From assembly GCA_963675755.2 (NCBI GenBank), contig CAXXMD010000003.1, positions 2,112,001-2,176,000 of the forward strand: a stretch of DNA of 64,000 nucleotides. Reading direction: 5' to 3'. The position numbers and the translations under genes are program-made. The notes under the pieces were generated by a model that searched no databases, was not told the DNA's origin, and saw nothing but the letters and a program-made list of their open reading frames with translations. This DNA comes from a bacterium. Lineage in GTDB: Bacteria; Zhuqueibacterota; Zhuqueibacteria; Residuimicrobiales; Krinioviventaceae. Of the stretch, positions 58,817 through 64,000 are shown one piece after another. Position 1 is the first letter of the stretch. The number at the start of each line of letters is the position of its first letter.

Positions 58817-59264
58817 CGTAACCAGGCAGAGCCCGGGCACGAGAAGAAAGGATGCGTTAATGTGTCTTGACAGGCTGATTGTTTCCCTCCGTTTTACTCG
58901 ATGAATAAATTATGGTGACGGAGATCAACTCCGTCACGATCGTTCGAGAGGGGGATTTGTTTGGGAAAAAACTGTGGTTTATTTTAATTTTGATTTTTCG
59001 TATATTAACACCTTGTTTTGACAGTATTAACCGCAATACACATCAGGCTGTTTTCAGCATTTTGACTGGTGTATGTTGCGGTTATTGTTTTTATAGAAAT
59101 TAAATTATTAATTCTGGTTCCGGGGTACTATTCTGGAATCAAGAATTATTTCCGTACCCAGGCAGAGCCCGGGCACGAGAAGATAGCAACATAGAATTCT
59201 GGTTTCGGAGTACTATACTGGAGCCAATTATTTACCTCGTACCCGGCAAAAGTCCGGGCGCGAG
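58817..59264. repeat. Cluster of REP-like palindromic repeats
   Basis: CGTAMCCAGGCAGAGCCCGGGCACGAGAAGA at 58817 and 59153 with a variant at 59236; second motif ATTCTGGTTYCGGRGTACTATWCTGGA at ~59111 and ~59197; hairpin 58915-58937. Confidence 0.75.
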
Positions 59265-59298
59265 TATGTATATATTATATGAAAGAAATGAGAGTAAC

Positions 59299-60645
59299 AT
59301 GAAGCAGATCCATATTCCTGAAAAATTTCCCTTTAGTGTAAAGAAATGGCCGTTTTTTTACGGTTATATGATAGCGGTTTGCAGTGTGATGGGCTTTGTA
59401 GTCAGCGCACCGGGACAAACCATTGGTGTGTCGGTCTTTACCGATTATTTGATTGACGTACTGGGTTTGACGCGCTTTCAGCTTAGTCTTGCCTATACAC
59501 TGGGTACTATTGGCAGTTCGTTCATTATCGCGCGCGTGGGTACGTTACTGGATTCACTGGGCACGCGATTGATTGCGCTGGTAACATCGATTTTATTTGG
59601 ATTGTCATTGTTCTACATGAGTCAGGTGGACCATATAGCACTTGGATTGAGCGGTGCTTTGAGTGGTTTGGCAGCAACAGTAGTGGTCATGGCAACCATT
59701 ACGTTTGGGTTTTTATCCATACGGTTTCTGGGACAAGGCGTATTGGCATTAGCCAGCAGAACCCTGCTTATGCGCTGGTTCGACGAACTGCGCGGTCGTA
59801 TAAATAGCCTGGTTGGCGTGTTTATCAGTTTAATGTTTTCCGCATCCCCGCTGGTGTTTGAGGTGATGATCCGGAATTATACCGAACGCGGAGCCTGGAT
59901 GGTTATGGCGCTGATTATTGGGCTAGGGTTCTCTGCGTTTGTGTTGGTGTTTATCCGCAATACACCAGAGGGCAGTGGACTGCTTCCGGATGGTGGTAAA
60001 CATGTCAACCACGAAAAAAAGAAAGCGGAAGATGCGGCAAGCTGGACCCTGAAGCAGGCAAAACGCAACTATACCTTCTGGGTGTTCAACCTGGGTTTGT
60101 CAATGTTTTCACTGTTTTACACCGCGGTAACGTTCCACATAGTCTCGATCTTTGGTGAAGCCGGAATGCCCCGGCACGAGGCCATATCCATCTTTTTGCC
60201 GGGCTCGTTTATTGCGGTCTTTATTAACCTGGCATCGGGTGCACTTTTAGATACTAGAGTTTTAAAGTATCGTATGAAATATATGCTGATGGTTTTGATT
60301 TTGGGTTTATCTCTAACGGGTGTAGGAGTGCTTATGCTGCATTCCGGTATTGGAAAATATATTATTATATTGGGAAACGGTATTGCCAGCGGCATGTTCG
60401 GCAATGCATCCACAGTAATATGGCCGCGTTATTTTGGCAGAAAGCATTTGGGTGCTATTAACGGATACAATATGTCGTACCTGGTGTTTGCAAGCGCTAT
60501 TGGTCCCTCGGTATTTGGATTGTCATACAGTGTTTTTGGAGATTATCGCTCCGCGGTTTGGATCTGCCTGGCGGTAATGGTGCTGCTCATTCTAATCAGC
60601 TTCAAGGCAGACCGTCCGCATTTGCCTGCTGCAGAAATGGAGTAA
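59299..60645 (+). CDS. MFS transporter
   Basis: About 12 TM segments; FFYG, PGQTIGVSVF, G...D..G.R motif A, YFGRKHLGAING. Confidence 0.88.
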   Translation: MKQIHIPEKFPFSVKKWPFFYGYMIAVCSVMGFVVSAPGQTIGVSVFTDYLIDVLGLTRFQLSLAYTLGTIGSSFIIARVGTLLDSLGTRLIALVTSILFGLSLFYMSQVDHIALGLSGALSGLAATVVVMATITFGFLSIRFLGQGVLALASRTLLMRWFDELRGRINSLVGVFISLMFSASPLVFEVMIRNYTERGAWMVMALIIGLGFSAFVLVFIRNTPEGSGLLPDGGKHVNHEKKKAEDAASWTLKQAKRNYTFWVFNLGLSMFSLFYTAVTFHIVSIFGEAGMPRHEAISIFLPGSFIAVFINLASGALLDTRVLKYRMKYMLMVLILGLSLTGVGVLMLHSGIGKYIIILGNGIASGMFGNASTVIWPRYFGRKHLGAINGYNMSYLVFASAIGPSVFGLSYSVFGDYRSAVWICLAVMVLLILISFKADRPHLPAAEME

Positions 60646-60652
60646 TCCTGTT

Positions 60653-61552
60653 ATGTGGTTATACCTGGGCATTATCTCTGCTCTGTTTTTAGGATTTTAT
60701 GAAGTTGGCCGCAAACATGCGGTGCATGAAAATGCCGCTTTTCCGGTGTTGTGGATGTCTACGCTGACAGGAACCGCTCTTGTTGTTCCGGTTATTTTGC
60801 TGTCAATAGTCAAGCCAGAAATGATGCAGTCGGTTTCGCTCTATGTACCCAAGCTACCCATGTCGGTGCATATACTGATTTTGATCAAGGTGATGCTGGT
60901 TGGTACATCGTGGACTTTGGAAATGTTTGCGTTAAAACATTTACCCATTTCCATTTATCTGCCAATCCGAGCTACATCACCATTCTGGACGCTTTTAGGC
61001 GCCATATTTATCTTTCACGAGGCACCCAGTTCTATGCAATGGATTGGGCTGGTACTGATTTTGGGTTCGTATTATGCGTTTACCGTGTTGGGCAATAAGG
61101 AAGGAATCTCTTTCAAGAATAACCGATGGGTGTACAGTGTAATTGTTGCAACAATCTTTGGCGCTACCTGTGGTTTGTACGACAAGTATATGATACAAAA
61201 GCTTGGTATTACCCCTATTGTGATCCTTTCCTGGTTTTTTGTATATATCAGTATTGTATATACTGTGATCATGTTTGTTATGTATCGCAAGAAAATGCTG
61301 ACCTCGATGCATTTTGAATGGCGTTGGAGCATACCACTGATTGGTATCTTTTTGACCTTGTCTGATTTTATGTATTTCAAAGCCATTAATGTAGAGGGTG
61401 CATTGATCTCGCTCGTCATGGCAGTGCGACGGTTAAATTCCATTGTGTCGTTTTTAATTGGTGGGGCCATGTTTAAAGAGCAGAATATGCGGTTAAAGTT
61501 TTTTGCATTGGCAGGTGTAATTGCCGGTGTATTTTTTCTGTTATTTTCATAA
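60653..61552 (+). CDS. EamA/DMT-family transporter
   Basis: About 10 TM segments with a duplicated EamA pattern (ALKHLPISI..PIRATSP; F.E..). Confidence 0.85.
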   Translation: MWLYLGIISALFLGFYEVGRKHAVHENAAFPVLWMSTLTGTALVVPVILLSIVKPEMMQSVSLYVPKLPMSVHILILIKVMLVGTSWTLEMFALKHLPISIYLPIRATSPFWTLLGAIFIFHEAPSSMQWIGLVLILGSYYAFTVLGNKEGISFKNNRWVYSVIVATIFGATCGLYDKYMIQKLGITPIVILSWFFVYISIVYTVIMFVMYRKKMLTSMHFEWRWSIPLIGIFLTLSDFMYFKAINVEGALISLVMAVRRLNSIVSFLIGGAMFKEQNMRLKFFALAGVIAGVFFLLFS

Positions 61553-61618
61553 CAAAATCTTGATATTGAACAAAAGTTTCGTTAATTATATATAATATAT
61601 TTTCCAAAGGAGATCCAT

Positions 61619-62770
61619 ACGGAACGGTTTATTGAAATAAAGCCCAAAGACGGTGAACGGTTACCCGAGTGGAAACGTGTCGTCATCAAAGTGGGCAGTA
61701 CATTGGTTACCGCAGGCGGTAAAAAAGCCAGCACAAAATATTTGCTGGATATTGCCAGCTTTATCATCGAGTGTCATAATCGCGGTAAAGAAGTGATTCT
61801 GGTATCGTCCGGTGCAGTGGCAGCGGGATTGTCTACACAGGTACAGTTTACTTCAAAAGCGCAATGCACAATCCCTGAAAAACAGGCTTTGGCTGCTATT
61901 GGACAGTCTCAGCTTATGACATTGTGGAGCAGAATGTTTGATTTTCCCTGCGCGCAGATATTGTTGACATTTGATGATTTGTTGAATCGCAGGCGGTTTG
62001 TAAATGCCAAAAATACCATTACCGAATTGTTGAATATGAACACCCTGCCCATTGTCAACGAGAATGATACAGTTGCCGTGGACGAGCTGCGGGTAGGTGA
62101 TAATGATAATCTGGCCGCGCATGTAGCAGTGCTTGCGGAAGCCGATTTGTTGATCATTTGCTCTGATATTGATGGTTTGTATGATGCAGATCCGCGTGAA
62201 AATCCAAAAGCAAATCTTATTACACGTGTAGACACGATTAATGAAGAAATATATAAACTCGCCAAAGATACCAAAACCCATATCGCTACCGGGGGAATGG
62301 TAACCAAAATTCAGGCGGCTGAAAAGGCCACCTCTGGCGGAATCAATACCGTGATCATGAACGGCACCAAACGCGGATTTTTTGAAATGTTGTTGAACGG
62401 CATTGTCTGTGGAACGATTTTTTACAAATCACCTCGTCCGGTCAAGGGAAAAAAACACTGGATGCTGCACGCCAAACCCAGTAAAGGCAAAGTTTATATA
62501 GACGCGGGTGCGGTTCTGGCTATCACTGAAAGAGGTGCATCGCTGCTGCCTTCGGGTATACAAAAACTAGAGGGTGAATTTGCAGCTGGTGAAGCAGTAG
62601 ATATTTTACAGATTGAAGAGAATAAAATGATTGCCAAGGGTATTTGTCAATATAACCATATTGATCTGGAAAAAATAGCCGGCAAAAAAAGTAAAGAAAT
62701 TGAAAATATATTGGATGGTATGTATTCCGATGTGGTTGTTCATCGCGATGAAATGGTACTGTTAGGATAG
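61619..62770 (+). CDS. proB: Glutamate 5-kinase (apparent non-canonical ACG start)
   Basis: RVVIKVGS, LVSSGAVAAG, NENDTV, GDNDNL, TGGMVTK and a PUA domain. The conserved KVG begins upstream of the first GTG (61691). RBS AAGGAG precedes ACG at 61619. Confidence 0.9.
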   Translation, partial: TERFIEIKPKDGERLPEWKRVVIKVGSTLVTAGGKKASTKYLLDIASFIIECHNRGKEVILVSSGAVAAGLSTQVQFTSKAQCTIPEKQALAAIGQSQLMTLWSRMFDFPCAQILLTFDDLLNRRRFVNAKNTITELLNMNTLPIVNENDTVAVDELRVGDNDNLAAHVAVLAEADLLIICSDIDGLYDADPRENPKANLITRVDTINEEIYKLAKDTKTHIATGGMVTKIQAAEKATSGGINTVIMNGTKRGFFEMLLNGIVCGTIFYKSPRPVKGKKHWMLHAKPSKGKVYIDAGAVLAITERGASLLPSGIQKLEGEFAAGEAVDILQIEENKMIAKGICQYNHIDLEKIAGKKSKEIENILDGMYSDVVVHRDEMVLLG

Positions 62771-62780
62771 AGGAGCGAAT

Positions 62781-64000
62781 ATGAGTGCAAATAATACTGA
62801 ATTGTTGGATATTGCCCGTTCATGCAAAGCGGCTTCGCATCAACTGGCCCGTGTGGGTACTGCTGAAAAGAATAAAGCCTTGTTACTAATTGCTGACCAG
62901 TTGGAAAAAGATAAAGAAACGATTTTTGCAGCCAATGCCATTGATGTAGAAAACGGCAAAAAGCGGGAATTATCATCCGCAATGATAGACCGGTTGATTT
63001 TGAACGAAAAACGTATTGCCGGAATGACAGACGCATTGCGACAGGTTGCATCCTTTGACGATCCGGTAGGTGAGATCAGTGAGATCCGTAAACGTCCTAG
63101 CGGCATTGAAGTGGGTATGATGCGTATTCCCCTGGGCGTGATCTCTATCATATACGAATCCCGTCCTAATGTAACTTCTGACGCAGCCGGACTTTGTCTC
63201 AAGGCGGGTAACGCGGTGCTATTGCGCGGTGGATCAGAGGCGTTCAATTCCAACAAGGCCATTGTAGATTCCATGCACAAAGCGCTGGCAGAAACAGAAA
63301 TACCCCCTGAAGCCATCTCGTTTGTGCCTACAACCGACAGGGCAGTTATGGTAGACATGTTGAAACTGGATGAATTCATTGATCTGGTTATACCCCGCGG
63401 TGGAGAGGGATTGATCCGTTTTGTTGCCGAGAACAGCCGAATTCCTGTTATCAAGCATTACAAAGGCGTGTGCCATCTGTATGTAGATAAAGACGCAGAA
63501 CCTGAAATGGCGGTTGACCTGTTGATAGACGGCAAAACCTCGCGTCCCGGTGTTTGTAATGCGCTGGAAACACTGCTCGTTCATAAAGATATTGCACAAA
63601 CATATCTGCCGCTTGCAAAAGCAGCAATGGATAAGCGTGGAGTAGAATTGCGCGGATGTGCAGAGACTATAAAAGTGCTGCCCGGCATTCCGGAAGCGAC
63701 GGAAGATGATTATTACGCAGAGTATTTGTCTCTGGTAATCGCAGTAAAAATTGTCAACAGTTATGACGAAGCTGTGGAACACATTGTAAAATATGGTTCA
63801 GATCACACCGAAGTTATCGCAACCAACAGCATGCAAACCGCCAGAGCCTTTCAGCGTGATGTGAACTCTTCAGTGGTTTGTGTGAATGCTTCTTCCCGGT
63901 TTTCTGATGGTGGGGAACTGGGCCTGGGTGCAGAGATTGGTATCTCTACTACAAAACTGCATGCGTTTGGTCCTATGGGACTTGAAGCGCTTACAACCCG
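62781..64000 (+). CDS. proA: Gamma-glutamyl phosphate reductase (3'-truncated by window edge)
   Basis: My translation from ATG 62781 (RBS AGGAG): IPLGVISIIYESRPNVT, LRGGSEA, IPRGGEGL, VCNALETLL, VNASSRFSDGGELGLGAEIGISTTKLHAFGPMGL. Confidence 0.95.
   Translation, partial: MSANNTELLDIARSCKAASHQLARVGTAEKNKALLLIADQLEKDKETIFAANAIDVENGKKRELSSAMIDRLILNEKRIAGMTDALRQVASFDDPVGEISEIRKRPSGIEVGMMRIPLGVISIIYESRPNVTSDAAGLCLKAGNAVLLRGGSEAFNSNKAIVDSMHKALAETEIPPEAISFVPTTDRAVMVDMLKLDEFIDLVIPRGGEGLIRFVAENSRIPVIKHYKGVCHLYVDKDAEPEMAVDLLIDGKTSRPGVCNALETLLVHKDIAQTYLPLAKAAMDKRGVELRGCAETIKVLPGIPEATEDDYYAEYLSLVIAVKIVNSYDEAVEHIVKYGSDHTEVIATNSMQTARAFQRDVNSSVVCVNASSRFSDGGELGLGAEIGISTTKLHAFGPMGLEALTT

Noticed and set aside
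58817-59264. CRISPR array
   Set aside because: Only 2-3 copies, with gaps of ~336 and ~83 nt, and no cas genes. REP-like instead.
61691-62770. proB as a 5'-truncated pseudogene starting at GTG 61691
   Set aside because: The frame stays open and conserved upstream, with a well-placed RBS, and the rest of proB and proA is intact.
62740-63782. Minus-strand ORFs of 103-204 aa
   Set aside because: Antisense shadows of proA, which the ORF track missed because it runs off the window.

Overview
A 64-kb, fairly AT-rich bacterial chromosomal segment. It is probably from an FCB-superphylum lineage such as KSB1, Calditrichota or Ignavibacteria; this is inferred from a YPNPFNP-type C-terminal sorting domain, long TonB receptors and DUF3857/DUF4249 proteins. 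I see no rRNA, tRNA, CRISPR array, prophage or transposase. The window contains, in order: (1) a nitrogen-assimilation cluster (partial glnK, amtB, a sigma-54-driven TorF-like porin, type III glutamine synthetase), interrupted by a REP-like palindrome cluster and a DUF4249/TonB-receptor pair; (2) an RND efflux pair, two DUF3857/transglutaminase-like proteins and a GH78 rhamnosidase; (3) anaerobic RNR nrdDG with NrdR boxes, dcd, feoAB, a CDF transporter, GyrI-like, CDGSH, GH43, PmoA-like genes and mnmA; (4) a ~20-kb phosphate-starvation region; (5) pduL, ogt, a NUDIX hydrolase, an SSB paralog, lptD, rarA, REP-like repeats, MFS and DMT transporters, proB and partial proA. The phosphate region has phoBR and three promoters with 11-bp-phased TT(A/T)ACA Pho boxes. 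These promoters precede a PiT transporter, a TonB receptor with an internally duplicated secreted protein, and a PAP2/GT4/PHP/GT4/flippase operon that looks like a PlcP-independent phospholipid-to-glycolipid remodelling system. A stand-alone pstS lies at the end of the region. Best leads: the Pho-controlled lipid-remodelling operon, the Pho-controlled receptor with its duplicated and possibly permuted partner, a structured RNA/attenuator-like element before glnA, and an apparent ACG start codon for proB.
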